DNA of 64,000 nt from Podospora anserina (taxonomy: Eukaryota), in contig CM030334.1 of NCBI GenBank assembly GCA_017654855.1, forward strand, positions 2,170,001 to 2,234,000. Reading direction: 5' to 3'. Each line of letters begins with the position of its first letter. Position 1 is the first letter of the stretch. Below the pieces are notes generated by a model. It made no database searches. It was not told where the DNA came from and saw only the letters and a program-made list of their open reading frames with translations. Below are positions 11,484 to 24,784 of the stretch, piece after piece. The translations under genes were made by a program, and so were the position numbers.

Positions 11484-14334
11484 CTTGTAGACCTTGTGCG
11501 GCATGTTAGAACTGACGAAAGAGTGGAATGGACAAGGAGTGAAGCAAGAGGAAGATGAATGGAAGAGGGATCTACCTGAAATATATACCTGGGCGGGGGC
11601 AATGACAATGATGGAAGGCGAGGAAGAAAAGACGAGAGATGGTGGTGGGAAAAGGAGGAATGCGGTGATGGAATGCCAGGAAAGTAGTATTTCATGTGAC
11701 AGGCGGGCGCACCAAGTTCACCGTTTGGACCCAAACTTTTTCTTTCATGGACCCGGCCGTCCAAGCGGTCCAAGTTGGTCCAGTTCCTAATTCATCTTTA
11801 TCGCCAGCGTGTGACGGGACTGTCGAACTAACCACTAAGACGAGGCATAGCACACCCCCCCCCAATTGCGCAACAGGGAGCTCCCTTATCGACCCCACTT
11901 TTTCACGACCCCACCATCAATCACCCACCACGCTTTTTGCCTGGCATGTGAAAAAGCACTACGAACACACACACAGCCTTGGCCGTTGCTTTTCAACAGC
12001 CTGGGGAAATCTCCCGACATACTGGTCTCAGATTGACAGGGACAATTGGGATATTGCTTGGTTAGTGTGCAGATGGCTAGTAGACAAAGAGCATCAGAGA
12101 CATCATCTTCCTCCTGCGGTTCTGTCCTCTCTGATAAGCTTGATTGATGATGCAGCCAGCTTGCAGCTTCCTGGGTTGGTTACACATCCCTCAGGCTGAG
12201 GTAACCGCCCTGATCCCACATCCGACGGCGGCAGTCCCCCTGTGTCGCGCAAGCGTTGTCCGATGTCAGATACCGAGCCGTTGCCAGCCCAATTCGAGTC
12301 CGTCTCACAAACCTATCGACACCATGCCATGGGATCTCTTTCGATCGCCCACGTCTTCTTTACAACCATTAACTTGACCGAGGCAGTTTGTTCGAGTCAA
12401 GCTCAACCTCCGAGAGATGCCTCAACAAACTCCGGAAGGCCCGTCTGCAAAGCAACTTGGTGTGGCGTCGAGCCGCGCAAACCAACAAGTGGCATGTTTC
12501 TGCAACCTCACTTCGCCTGTAGAGTGACATGCATCGTATGCATCACCAAACCATGTCAGTGGCATCGGAAAGAACCAGTCCAAAGGACCCCCCAAGTAAC
12601 CAGGAACCCGCTTCCGGTTTAGCCCAGGACCCGCTGATCCTCCAGACCCTTGTCAGTCTCTCGATCACATGTAAGTCAACCACCTCCCTCAGAACAACCC
12701 ACGTTCTCGAACAGCGAAAACGCTATTTGTTTTTCTTTTTTCTTTTTCCCAGCTTCATACGAGGGATTCAGCGCAAGTAGCTGCATCGCCCGACTCGTTG
12801 GCGCCACTCCCCCTGGGTTGAAACTCAATTCCCGTCCCTCCAAAAGATCACCAACGTCATTGACCATCAATAAATCCCAGTGTAGCATATTATTCTTTAT
12901 GCTTGGTGTTCCAGAAATATGGATCCCCAATTCGACAATAATCAACGCAAACGTCAAAGACTGAAACAGACAAAGTCATGTCAAGAGGCCATCCAGATCA
13001 GGAAGAACCATGGCCCAGCCAAGCTCAACTCGGTTCCCGCCGAAGGGAGCTATGACGGCAATTACGTACTAACCTCGCAATCACCATCAATAGCTCTCTT
13101 CCAGAGGCAAAATCCTCATCCAGGACTTTGACCTCTCGAGATCACCAAACAAATCAAGACGCCACGCCTGAATGAATGAATTGTGCATTCGCCCTCGTCC
13201 CTGACCCACCCTGCCGCGGCAGCTTCCTTCCCGGTAGCTAAACCCGGTCGGTGATCCGATAACGCTGAACAAGGGCCAAAAAAAGTCCAACCCCTCCCTG
13301 GCAGGCCAAGACCGCTCCAAGCCGCGATGTGTCGGTATGCCCCTTGCTTGAGAGGTGAGTCCAAGAGGTGATTATCTTTTTTGACAGGTGGAGCTTTTTT
13401 GTGCTTAGGTTTCATGAGGCTCTCGATGCAGAGAGGCTTGGAGCCGGCAGTTATTTCCATGTTCCGTAACCAGCAAGGAGAATCGCGAGGCTTTGATGAA
13501 TGAGCTGATCAATTTACAATATATGAATGAGAATGATCGTTTTCGTGGATGAGGCAGTCATCTTGGATAGTCTGCTTGGGGGCTGTAGCTATGCTCACCA
13601 GAACTCAATCAGCACCGTGCCTTAGCTCTCTCGTGGCCCACAATCTCACTCACAACTAGCAGACCCATAAACATGTCGGCAAGCTCCCAAGGACTTACCT
13701 GAAAGCCCTCGTCGCATCAGACCCTTCTTCATGCTGCCTCGCACCTTCCCTCTCCCCACCATGGCCCCTTCCCTCCCACCATAGAACCTTCCCTCACCAG
13801 TAGAAGCACCTTCCTCCCGTCTCAAGAATACCCCAATCGTACCTTCCTCACTCCATCCATCATCACTCCTTCCATATCGTTCACTCATGGCTCCTTCCAT
13901 ACAGTTTCATGCTCCCTGTATAAACATTTCTTCTCCTCGGTTGTGCGTCTGAACTCGTAAAATCACGTCAGATCATCACAGCAAAACACCGGATGCAAAC
14001 CAGCACATCCAACTCAACACGCAGAAGCCATAGCTCTCCTCTTCAGCGTTCATATCTTGTCTGTATGTCTATATCTCCTCTCTTTACACAACACACATAG
14101 TATTGCCACCAGGGGGTATCAACCACAACAAGAAAGAAAAAAGCCACCTCCACACCCTCTCCCATGTCCCTCCAGCAGCCAATCTTCTCTTTCCTTTCCC
14201 TAAACTCCCCCAAAAAACGGATATGATGCTACTCTTCAATCTTCCCACTGCCAAAAAAAAAAATAACCCTCAACAAAAGGAAATGCCGTCCCGGCTATGC
14301 TGTGCTGTGCTGTATGCTGTTGTATCATAACTCA

Positions 14335-17300
14335 TCACCCACCACCACCACCACTCGATATCCCCACCAACCCCTCCACACTCAACAACCCATCACTCCC
14401 ACTCACACTCCTACTCCCCAGTCCCCCCCTTTCAGGTCCAAACATGGGACTAGGACAAGCACTGCCCACCCTGCTCAAACTTCCCATCCCGCTCGGCGTC
14501 GTAGCCCCACTGGCCATCTCCCCACTCACCACAGCGGGTACCGCACCCGCCTTGTTACTACCACCACCACCACTCCCCCCCAAAACCAAAAGACTGCTCT
14601 CCTTCTTCAGAGCCCTCGGCCTGTTATTATTCCCCCCCTTGCCATTCACCTTATCCTGCTTTTGAACCCTCCTCCGCTCCGCCAACCCCTCCTCCCTCAA
14701 CCGAACCTGCTCCCTCTCCAGCTCAATCGCCCTCTCCCTCCTGGCTTCAATATCCTCCTTCTTCACCAACCTCCTCAACCCCTCGCTCGCCTGCACCAAG
14801 CCGTCAATAGAAATAGCATGGTTCGTCATCTGATGGTTAATGTACGTGTACACCCCCGCCGGGCTCCCGCACCCCAAAAGCTGGCCCTCGTTCAGCTTCA
14901 GCAGCGCGAGCGCCACCTGGAACAGAAACGCGCCCCCGTCGTGCGGCGTGCAAAGCACCACGTCCCAGACTCTGAACAGCGCTTCTGCGGACAGGCAGTC
15001 GGTAAAGATGGAGAGGAACCACTGAAACGTCATCGTCTCGAGGTCGATGCCCAGGTCGTCAAAGTGCGCCGACAGCTTCGGCAACACTTCAGAGACATAC
15101 TGGCGGAGGACGACCTGGTCTGCCCTCGACGCAAGCAGCGAGTGGTCAAAGTACCCCGACGGGAGGATCTGCTCGACCGTGGCGACGAGGATCCAAAACG
15201 CGTCTTCCGACGAGGGCGTGATAAGTAAAAGATTGGCAACGACGAGGTTCATCCCCTGGCAGTACCCCACGTCCGGGTTGCGGCGCGAGTAGGCCAGCAG
15301 AACCTCGTGCAGCTTGCCCACTCCGGGCCCCTTGCGGAAGAATATATTGTCGGTGAGGGTGCGCGTGATGTCGGCTTTGATCTGAGCGACGACTTGGGGG
15401 TCGTCTTCCTCTCCGGGGCGGCTGACCAAATCCTCGTAGTATCCCGGTATGCGCAATGCTTTTGCGCCGGAGCACTCTGACCAGATCTTGGCTCTCATGG
15501 CCACGGGGATGCCGCCCAGCAAGAGCGAGCGGAATTCGGTTGCTTTTGCCCTGCCGACTTTGCCTTGGACGCCGAGGCTGGCGACGCCGATGAGCTCCCC
15601 GTCTCCGAGGCGAGTTTCCGGCATGACGGCCGTGGCTCGTTGGAATCTGGCTTCTGCTGCTGCTGCTGCGGCGGCGGCGGCAGCTTCGCCGTCCCGCTTC
15701 CTCTCGGCGCGGACCTTTCGAAGAAACTCGTTCCAGCGAACTGTCCTTTCCCTCTGAAGCGAATCATGCAGCCTGTTCAGATTCTCCAACAGCAACCTCA
15801 CCGGCTCGGCATCCTCCTTCGCCGGGGTCGTCGATCCAGGAGGCGTCCCCCCATCCTCTTCTTCAACCCCTGCCGGGGCAGACACCGAGGAGCTCGAGAC
15901 CGAACTAACCACCGGCTCCTGGTGCTCCTCCATCATCGGCGCGATCGACACCGTCGTCGTGGTAGCACTAGGCAAAAACCCCCTCTCCTCCGACATGATG
16001 CTCGGCGAATACCCCGGCGACTTTGGTGGTGGCACCTCCCCTCCCTCCAAAACCTCGAACCCTTGCGCGCTGATCAGCGGCGTGTGCGAGAGCAACTCAG
16101 TCGGAAACGTCGCAATCTTGAGGTAATCCTGCCACCTCTTCGGCTTCGCGTTCTCCTCGTTCCCGCCTCCACCTCTCACTTGCTCCTCGGTCGTGGTCCC
16201 CGAGCACGGCGTGTCCGGCCTCCCGCTCTCGCTCAACACGTCCCACCTCCCACTACTCGCCCCGTCATCATCTCCCGCCATCACCGGACTCATCCCTCCC
16301 CGTCCATTAGTCAACATTTCCGTCCTACTCCCCCTCTTCCCCTGCTTCGCCATCTGCGCCGCCTCCCTCTGCCTCTTTTTCCGTCTCTGGTCGTAAATAA
16401 ACCCAAACCGATCGGTCAGATACTCCGACCCGACAAAGTTATTGTAGATGTGCGTCAGCGTAGGCGGCTGAGCCTCGGGCGGGAGGATCGTGTCCATCTC
16501 GACAGGTCCATAGCTCTGATGTCGTAATATCGCAGCCTTTCCCGGGCTCGCCCCCATGGTGTCCCATCGTTCGGGAACTTGTCCTCTGGCGGGGATATCC
16601 ATCGGTCTGGTGCTCCCACCGGCAGTCGTTCGTCTCATTTGCATGAGCGCCTTTGGCCCGCCAGCCTGCGCCGACACGGCCCGGTTAGAAGCCGTAGTCT
16701 TCGCACTGGAAGCGCTCGATCCCCTGAGCGGACCCCCCGCCTGCGCAGCAGCAGCGCTGCTAGCACGGCCCCTGCCTTCGTTATCCCTATTCCCCGCTGC
16801 GCCGCCAGCAACAAGCCTCAACGCCATGCTCGCCAGAGAAGGCTTCCTCGCCGCATGAGCAGAACTCACACTTGAAGCCCTACTGGAGCTTTGTTGTGCT
16901 TGCTCCTCCTGCTGTTCCGCTGGTGGTTTAAACCAATCCTCGGGCATCGACTGCCTCGCCCCTCCTTTCACCGCCGTCGTCTCCCCCTTCCCATCCCCCT
17001 TGCTAGTACCCGTCCCACCCCACAAATACTCCTTCCACCCCCTCCCCGTCCCCTTTTGCTGCTGCTGCTGCTGTCCAGTATTTGCACCCCGCTCTTTGAT
17101 CACCCTCCCCTTTATCGTCGCATCAAGCCTCACATCCCCCTCCAGCGCGTCCCCGATCAAATCCTCCAGCTCCTCGCCACTTCCTTGTCGTCTCTGACTC
17201 CTCCCTTCCTCAAGCAGCACCCTCAACCGGGTCTCTAGATCAAGATTGGAGAGCCCACACTCGAGAATGATTTTTCTGAGAGCCCGCTCTCTCTCGTCGG

Positions 17301-17856
17301 CCCGACGACGGAGCAGAGCGATTTGCGCGTCCCTTGCTGCTAAGTCCTCTGCGATTTGCCTTACTAGGTTGACGGCCCCGCCCTGTCTGGCGATTAGACG
17401 CTCGATGTGGCCGTCATCGGCGTGGTGGAGCGCGCCGGGGAGGCGGTTGCGGCAGGGGGGGGAGTCTTCGAATAAAGGGCCGGCGGTGTGAGGAGTGGTT
17501 AGCAAGGTGGGGATTATTTGTTCGGGTTCGAGTCGGGGTGGTTGTTGGTCGATTTCGGAGAGGGAGGCGGATGGTTTGCGGGAGGGGGTCGTGCTGCTTG
17601 GAGGAGGAAGGGGAGTGTTGCCACTGTCTTCTTCTTGTTGGTTGTTGTTGAGGAAACAGCATGTTTCTTCTTCTCGCGGGGAGAAGGAGGGGAAGGAGGT
17701 TAGGGATTTGCTGTCTTCGCCTCCTACCACTGAGCTTGCTGAGCTGGAGGGGGGTTGTTGTTTTTTGGCTGCTGGGCGGCGGGAGGTGTTGCGGGAGCGG
17801 GCGGAGGTGTGGGATTGTTGGGAGATTGTGCGCTCGAGAGGGGGGGAGAGGTTCAT
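14335..17856 (-). CDS. TBC-domain Rab GTPase-activating protein
   Basis: Long single ORF, likely start MNLSPPL at 17856. TBC motifs GIPVAMRAKIW, IKADITRT (Arg finger), GYCQGMN (Gln finger), EDAFW, FQWFLSIF and RVWD; TDRFGF motif and coiled coil upstream. Confidence 0.93.
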   Translation of the reverse strand: MNLSPPLERTISQQSHTSARSRNTSRRPAAKKQQPPSSSASSVVGGEDSKSLTSFPSFSPREEETCCFLNNNQQEEDSGNTPLPPPSSTTPSRKPSASLSEIDQQPPRLEPEQIIPTLLTTPHTAGPLFEDSPPCRNRLPGALHHADDGHIERLIARQGGAVNLVRQIAEDLAARDAQIALLRRRADERERALRKIILECGLSNLDLETRLRVLLEEGRSQRRQGSGEELEDLIGDALEGDVRLDATIKGRVIKERGANTGQQQQQQKGTGRGWKEYLWGGTGTSKGDGKGETTAVKGGARQSMPEDWFKPPAEQQEEQAQQSSSRASSVSSAHAARKPSLASMALRLVAGGAAGNRDNEGRGRASSAAAAQAGGPLRGSSASSAKTTASNRAVSAQAGGPKALMQMRRTTAGGSTRPMDIPARGQVPERWDTMGASPGKAAILRHQSYGPVEMDTILPPEAQPPTLTHIYNNFVGSEYLTDRFGFIYDQRRKKRQREAAQMAKQGKRGSRTEMLTNGRGGMSPVMAGDDDGASSGRWDVLSESGRPDTPCSGTTTEEQVRGGGGNEENAKPKRWQDYLKIATFPTELLSHTPLISAQGFEVLEGGEVPPPKSPGYSPSIMSEERGFLPSATTTTVSIAPMMEEHQEPVVSSVSSSSVSAPAGVEEEDGGTPPGSTTPAKEDAEPVRLLLENLNRLHDSLQRERTVRWNEFLRKVRAERKRDGEAAAAAAAAAAEARFQRATAVMPETRLGDGELIGVASLGVQGKVGRAKATEFRSLLLGGIPVAMRAKIWSECSGAKALRIPGYYEDLVSRPGEEDDPQVVAQIKADITRTLTDNIFFRKGPGVGKLHEVLLAYSRRNPDVGYCQGMNLVVANLLLITPSSEDAFWILVATVEQILPSGYFDHSLLASRADQVVLRQYVSEVLPKLSAHFDDLGIDLETMTFQWFLSIFTDCLSAEALFRVWDVVLCTPHDGGAFLFQVALALLKLNEGQLLGCGSPAGVYTYINHQMTNHAISIDGLVQASEGLRRLVKKEDIEARRERAIELEREQVRLREEGLAERRRVQKQDKVNGKGGNNNRPRALKKESSLLVLGGSGGGGSNKAGAVPAVVSGEMASGATTPSGMGSLSRVGSACPSPMFGPERGGLGSRSVSGSDGLLSVEGLVGISSGGGGG

Positions 17857-19442
17857 TGTGGTGGTGCGGTGTGCTGTGGTGTTGTTGGATGGGGATCGAA
17901 GGCTTAGTGGCAGGAGAAGAGGGGGGGTGGCATTGTTTTGATTCTTGGTGGTTGGAAAACAATTTGTGAGGGCGGGTGTTTGTCGGTGGTTGTCTGTAAA
18001 AGTATTAACAAAACACTGCTGCTGTCGCAAAAGGACTTGTCAGTCAGGTCGCATGAACCACTGGTGTTGTCATAGGGGCGGCGGGCGTGCGGCGTTGGGA
18101 ATGCGGCGGGCAGTTGTAACTCCAGCAAGGCAGAGCTGCTCGGCAAGTCAAGTGCTTGCAGCAGCAGCAGCAGCAGCGACAGGCATCTTTTAACTTGTCT
18201 CCTCTTCCACCACGCAATCCATAAACGTGGCCCGTGCTTTTCCTCCAGCAACACCAAACATCAAACCTCAAACCTCAAAGAAAAAACCCCAACCAAGACC
18301 ACCTCCCTCCCCTATACTATCCCAACTAATTCTAGAGTATTGTTTGCCTATCTAAGCCTCGATCCTCATCCTCTTTAGTACCCGTTTCATCCTGTCATTC
18401 CCCCCCAATGCTCGACCCATTCCCCCTCGCACTATTAAGATAGTGCAATTCCGAATCAAGTCAAATCCTTACCTAAGCCCCAACTGCCGAACAACAAGCT
18501 TCACCTGCATTGCGCACCACTACTAGTGGCTGTCGATCCTTTCTCCCGTCGCGCCTTGTCCTGACAATCTTTACCTTGTACATCACCAACTCACGCTCGT
18601 GAACCGCTGTCATGACGATTCCCTTGCATTGAAGAAAGCACGACATAAAAACACATAAACGGCCCATTCAGTGTTCTGGGCCGTAGCGGCAAGGCGAGCT
18701 CGTCCCTGGTACGGTGTCCTGTGCTCGAGTACCATCAACGGCGTCAACTTTCTTTCAATAACCAGCGTCATCTCTGCAGCAACAATCCTCTATTTAACAA
18801 AACACAGCAGTCTGTTCTCAGTATCCGGTGGTCTGGCCAACTCAGCGAGCTGTTGCTGGAGCTTTCGGTCACCAAGTCCAGCCGAGGCAACAAGATATAG
18901 TATGATCAAAGCCTTGAAGATTACAACTGCGAAACCTCTTTTTATCTAACTTTCCCTGTTGCCATATCCAACCCTTCCATACAGGCACTCCCACCCCGAG
19001 TAATTCCATCTCTGTTACTATACCGACTCCACCTCTCTCCTCTCAAACACTTTCCCCTCAGCTTCCCAACACCCCGTCTAGCTAACCAGCAGCTTTTATC
19101 TTAACCTCTCTTTCCATCTCTCTTTTCATCTCCAAAAAAAAAAAAAAAAACATCTTTTGTCTTTGTCTTTTCTCTCTGTATGTGTATCCAACAACAAAAA
19201 ACCCTGGTATCATACCTACCCCTACTCCAAATCATTACCCCCCTTTCCCTATCACTAAATGCTCAGTGTAAATGAACAAAAAGTCAAAACATGAAACTGA
19301 TACTCTGTATCACAAAAAAAAGAAACAAACCTGATGTCCAACCAACCCCACCAAAGAAAAAAAGAAAAAAAGAAAAAAACACCACAAGTCACACATGGTA
19401 TACCCTCTTCTTCTTACTCCCTCTGAGGCACCTACCTAGTTA

Positions 19443-21750
19443 TTAGCCCTCTAAATACGCCCCCTCCCCCAAACTACTAACATCACCCCTACCCCCAGTC
19501 GTCTGACCCTTCACTGTCCCCCCAGTAACAGTATCACTACTCCCACTACTACTACTACTACTACTCCTCGGACTAACCTCCTCCCCCTTCCCAACCCTAT
19601 CCTTATCCCTCACACTCCCAATCGCCTTCCCAATAGTCCCTGTCCCTTGCTGTTGCGCCGTAGTCCCACTCCAACTCCCCCAACTCCCCCTCTCCTTCCC
19701 AGCCCCCGCACTCCCCCTCTGGTGATGATACAGCGTTCCCCCCAAACCCATCCCCTTCACCCTGCCACCATTACCCGCCTCACTAGAGTAATTACTCGAC
19801 GAACTCGACACAACCGACCAATGGTTCCCATTCCCATTCCCCCCCGCTCTTGTCGTTCCGACCGGAGGAGTCGCCGGCAAAGCCCTAGTAGGAGGCGGGC
19901 TCAACGGCGGCGACACCAAACTCCCCGTACTACTACCACCGCCACCACCACCACCACCACCAACCAACAAATCCGGAATCTCCAACGGTCCATCATGCGG
20001 TCGTTTCGGACGCGCAGGTGACGATGATGATGGACTTTTCTCAAAACCCCCCCCAACACCACCACCACCAAAGAAATTATTCGTTGTCGCCGCCGTCATG
20101 GAAGATGCCGCACTACCACTACCCCTCCCACAATCCTTCACAAACATCGGAACTGGCGCAGGAATAGGCGGCAACCCACCCGTGTACCCCCCAGGCGTCC
20201 TCTCATGTCTAGGAACCAGCTTCGAAGTCGTGGGGGTACAAATCGGGCTTGACGGGAAAACCCCGCCTGTGCTGTGCTGCGGCGTGAGGGGCGTCAAAGG
20301 GGGTGAGCCCGAGCGGGCCCCTCCTCCTGGGCGGAGGATAGACGGTAAAAGAGAAGGGATGAATTTTCTCTGGCGGAGGCGGAGAGGCGGGGTGATGCCT
20401 TGGTTGTTGGCTGTTGTTCCCATCAAGGAGCTTGCCGGTGAGATCAGCGGTGTTGGGTTGTTGCCGCCCCCCCATTTGCCATTGTTGAGGCCTAGTCGGG
20501 AGCGGAGGCTTCGATGGGGGGGCGATGATTCGCCGCTGCGTTTTCGCTTGCGGAGGCAAAGGAACAGAGCGCAGATGAGCATGAGGAGGGCGATGGTGGC
20601 GCAGACTGCGATGGCGATTTTGGCTGGGTTGGAAAGGCCGTTCTCGGCTGCTGTTGCTGAGGCGGCAGGGGCAGAGGTAGAAGTGGATGTTTTTGATGCT
20701 GCTGGGTGTGTGGCTGATGAAGTGGATGATGTCGAAGTTGTTGTCAATAATGTCGATGTCGTCAGGGAGGATATTGACGAGACAGTAAATGTGCTCGCGG
20801 GAAATGATGGGACAGGGAAACTTGTTTCCAGTCCGTTCATTGGCGGTAGTTTTGTTGGGTCCGATGAGGTCGATATTGTTTCTGCCGTGAATGTAAATAT
20901 CTCTGCCGTCGTCGGGGTTGTTGTGGGCAGAAGGGGAACAGCCTCCGTCTGTTGGCTCTCTGGTGCCATGAAGGTATTTGCCAGTGGAGGACGAGAAAAG
21001 TCAGACTCTTGCAAAACAGAGGTCGTACCTTGTACCGTGCTCACAGAACCCAATCCCACACCCACAGCCGTCGCAGATGCTGCCGTTGGCAGCAACGCCG
21101 AAGACTCCCATGTCACCGACGACGTCAGCTGCAGCCTCGAAAACGAACTGTCCGTACACGAACCCGCTCCATCCCCCTCGGTGCTGCATTTGAAGTCCTC
21201 GTGCGGTGGTCCAGGATCAATAATCGGTTTGAACCCATTACTGCAAAACATCGTCAGCAACCTCCAAGTTGGTCTCATAAAAAAAGAGGAGGCCTCACTT
21301 GTCACAGGTGGTGATGATCGAATCAACATTCGCTGTGTACCACATCTTAGCCTTCTCGTCCGAGACAAAAAATCAGACCACCTCGCCTCCGCTCTCTTGT
21401 TACTCACGATCTTGCCCCAGTCCCCTGCTCTGGTCTATCGCTACCCCGCAAAACGTCGAGTCGCACCAGTAAAGGGACCAAAACCTGTATTCAGCAACCT
21501 CGACACCTTTGCTCGTCGAGTTGAGATTGCCGCACACTTCCGCCCATCCCGACGCCGCTTCGCTCCATCCCGGGCTTATCGACTGCAGAAACTGCGTCTT
21601 GCAGTTGGATATGCATTCGCTCCTGTCCTCGTTCCATGCCCCCTTTTGGATCTCCGCCTTGTTGATATGACACTCGCAGCTGCCGTCCTTTTCCTCGTTG
21701 TGCTGCTGGTCGACCCCTTCCACCGAGATCCCTACTCTTGATCCTTCCAT
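19443..21750 (-). CDS. Single-pass membrane protein: Cys-rich N-terminal domain, Ser/Thr-rich stalk, TM helix, Pro/Ser/Gly-rich tail (surface-sensor-like architecture)
   Basis: Exons 21750-21408, 21332-21299 and 21240-19443 with canonical introns. TM segment LSNPAKIAIAVCATIALLMLICALFLCL is followed by RKRKR. No clear signal peptide, so the true start may be upstream. Confidence 0.75.
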
Positions 21751-23482
21751 TTCTCGAGGTTATGTCGGTGTGTAGTAGTAATAGTAGTCGGTGATCTGAC
21801 CAGATCAAAACTCCATGCGGCCTTCCCCCCCAAATAAAAGCCTTGTCCCCAAAAGAAAGAGATTGAGCTGCTGTGCTTCAAGCCTAATAAGCCCTATACA
21901 AACGAACAAGTCGGAGGCAAACAGTCTCAGTTATACCTGTCTGCCTCCGAAAAGCAAAGATGCCCAAGCAAGGCAAGGTAAGGTGGGCAAGCCGTGTGTC
22001 CGTTTGATGGATGATGAAAAGTCGCGATGTGACAGGTCCGAATCAGAGTGATCAAAACGAAACAAAAATCTGGAAAAGTGAGAGAAAACGGAAAAGGGGT
22101 CAGAAAAAGGTGGGCACGGGCGCAACAGAAAAAAAAGCATTCCCAGTCTATATATCCCATCACCACCCCCTCCCTCTTCACAAAATGATGAGCCCCATCT
22201 TGTGTCCCCCGTTTTCTCGAAATGGGGCAAGTACCAGGCCCGTGACTGCTGAGCGATGGCAACACAGCGTTGCCCAGAGGTACGATAGATGAGCAGAGAT
22301 CAGACGGCTGCCCCCAGTGCCCCATTTCTGAACGGGAGGACGGGCGGCACCACCACCTCCTGTGCGTGTGTGTGTGTGTGTGCTGGTTCCAGACAGTGGG
22401 TCCCCTAGACAGACGGGGTTTTCGAGACGCGGATCAAAGAAGAGCAAGGTACACACACACGCACCTGCGTGATGGTAGGTACAAGATACCCACTACTCGC
22501 AAGCCAAATCCCCCTTGGCGACAAGTGGACTCACCGTTACACAACCGCTGCACCATCCCGCCGCCCGACGAGAATAGTCTCGTATGAAGACCGGAATGCA
22601 GGACAAAAAATCTCACATAGTCGAAGACTGACGAATCTGCAACCACCCGTCCCCCCCCCCGCCCTTCCTTGTGCGCCACTCACGCCTCTTCTCTCTCACC
22701 CAATGGCTTCCTTCTTTCCCCACGCAACCCCGTCTACTACACCATCAGCTCTCCTCGATCAAAAAAAAAAAAAGGCCATGTGGATTACCGTGTAGGCTTG
22801 CATAAAACAATCCAGGTACCGCTCGCCCTCCTGCAGCCTTCTCACAACCCCTTGTCCCCATTCTCTTCTCCCCTCCATCCCGTCCGTTGCCGTCCGTCCC
22901 GCCCACACACACCCAACGGAGGTAAAATCTTGGTAATCTCAAGCCTGTACCGTCGATCCCAGATTCGCGAAAGCCGAAAAATGAAACGGCGAATGGCGTG
23001 TTCTACCGTCTCCCCTTCCCGTCCGTTGTCGTAGGTTCATCTCCATTCCCATCTCCATGACCCAACCATCCTGTCCAAACCCATTACCAAATCACACCTT
23101 TCTCTCATCAACCATTCAAACCCAGCAAGCAAAGCCTGGGGGGAACTTTCACGAAACCCTCAAACCTCGTGTTATCCTCCCCTTCCCCCAACGTCGAACA
23201 AACCCGCCTCTCCCAATTTCAGCCCACAGTCTCACAACCGCTCCCCACCTAAGTAACTCCTCCTCATCACCTACCCAAAGGGCTTCCTCTCACCAAAATC
23301 CGTTGTGCACATCACCGCACTTCGGTGTAATAATCCCCCCCATTTACCCAACCAACCTGCCCAACCTTTTATTAACCTTTCCATGCACGTACAAGCAAAA
23401 TTACATCTCCTCACTCTGCCCTCCAATGAACACCCCCTCGCACAGATTTTCCCGCAGTGAGACCTTCCCACCCGCACCCAGG

Positions 23483-23520
23483 GTCAAGTCAGGTCAGGTC
23501 AGGTCAGGTCAGGTCAGGTC
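23483..23520. repeat. (GTCAG)n pentanucleotide microsatellite
   Basis: About seven tandem GTCAG/GTCAA units read directly. Confidence 0.9.
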
Positions 23521-24784
23521 ACGGCAACCAGACAGAGAAAAAAAAAACCTGCCGTGTGTTGATGCAGTACATATGCTGGGGAGGGGTTCCTGCACCCTCG
23601 AAATGTTTGCTAAATAGAAACGAAAAGCTCATGCTTTGGCCCTTGGGTCATGTTTGCTACTACAGCTTTCCCCCCTCCCCACCCCCACAGTTGGGCTCTC
23701 GAAGATATTGGGTTTCACCGTCATTTTGGCAAACTCATCAGTTGTTCACTACCCGTCAACAATGGTGCGTCATCGAGGAGGAGGAGGAGGAGGAAGAGGA
23801 GGAGCAAAGCCATGAGGTCATCCCAGGTTCCTCCCAGCCACACACACATCCTGTGATCACAGCGGCTGAAAAGCCACCACCGCTTTTGATCCTTCTCGTG
23901 GAGTAGGAGGCTGAAAAGATCCTAGGTGTACGGTGAAAACCCCCTCGCCCCCATAGAAGCCCAGAAAATATTCTCGAAATCCAGCCGCAGGAGTTGCAGT
24001 CGATGGTTGGCGGCATGAGACAGTTGTATTCCATGCTTCCACCCGAACAATCTGAACAAGTCGAACCAATCCCCCTCCCCCGTGCTGCGGCTGATAGAGA
24101 AGTAAAAAGACAACTGCCGGAATTGATAAGCCGGTCCTAACATCTCCGAGCAAGTGGTCTGCCTCTCTGGTGACGCGGCCTTCTAGCTACCAACCAGGCA
24201 CAAAGGTTAGGGGGTTAGAACCGTACATAAAGCGGTGGTCGAATCATTGCATTTTGACAGTCATGCATACGATCCCGGACCTGCATCTTGAAAGAAAGAC
24301 ATCTATTCTTAGCACTCCTGTCTTGCTTCGATCGGGTCGGAAGAAGGGGCGCTTCTCCAGCCCTACTAGAAGCAGCCACTCCCACCCCTTTCTGCACATG
24401 GTGAAAAAGCCCAGGTCGGCGACCTGGAAAAAGGTGTCGACGCCACCCGCACTTTCTTCAAGACAAGCCAGCTTCGATCGGCCGCCAAGCCAATAGAACT
24501 CGGTTCGACAGAACCTCGTGTCCGAAGTGTGGTGGTGGTGATGAGCGTGCGGGCTTCCAGCCCTTCGGGCTGGAAGATTGATGGGCTCGTGGCAGCAAGG
24601 TGCTTCTGAAAAGAATCCAATGGCTGGTGGAGGTGCCATTCCCTCGTGTTGGGTCGATGGCGTTCAAAGGTGTGCCGAGTGCTCCCGTGTTTGAGCTCCG
24701 ATCGAGCCAGCCTCAACGGTGATATTGCGACGTTGACGGCATCGACATGTTGGGGACCCCAGTCTACTCAACAGTCTTTTGGCT

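Noticed and set aside
12676-13460. Fragmentary minus-strand ORFs between CAP20 and TBC
   Set aside because: Could be a decayed gene, but I can support no motif or coherent splice model.
14297-17969. Many long plus-strand ORFs opposite the TBC gene
   Set aside because: Low-complexity antisense shadows caused by GC-rich codon bias.
18473-18949. Short ORFs between TBC and the membrane-protein gene
   Set aside because: No recognisable motif; interrupted by stops.
20098-21741. 547-aa plus-strand ORF
   Set aside because: Antisense shadow of the Ser/Thr-rich membrane-protein gene, which has canonical introns on the minus strand; no recognisable domain.
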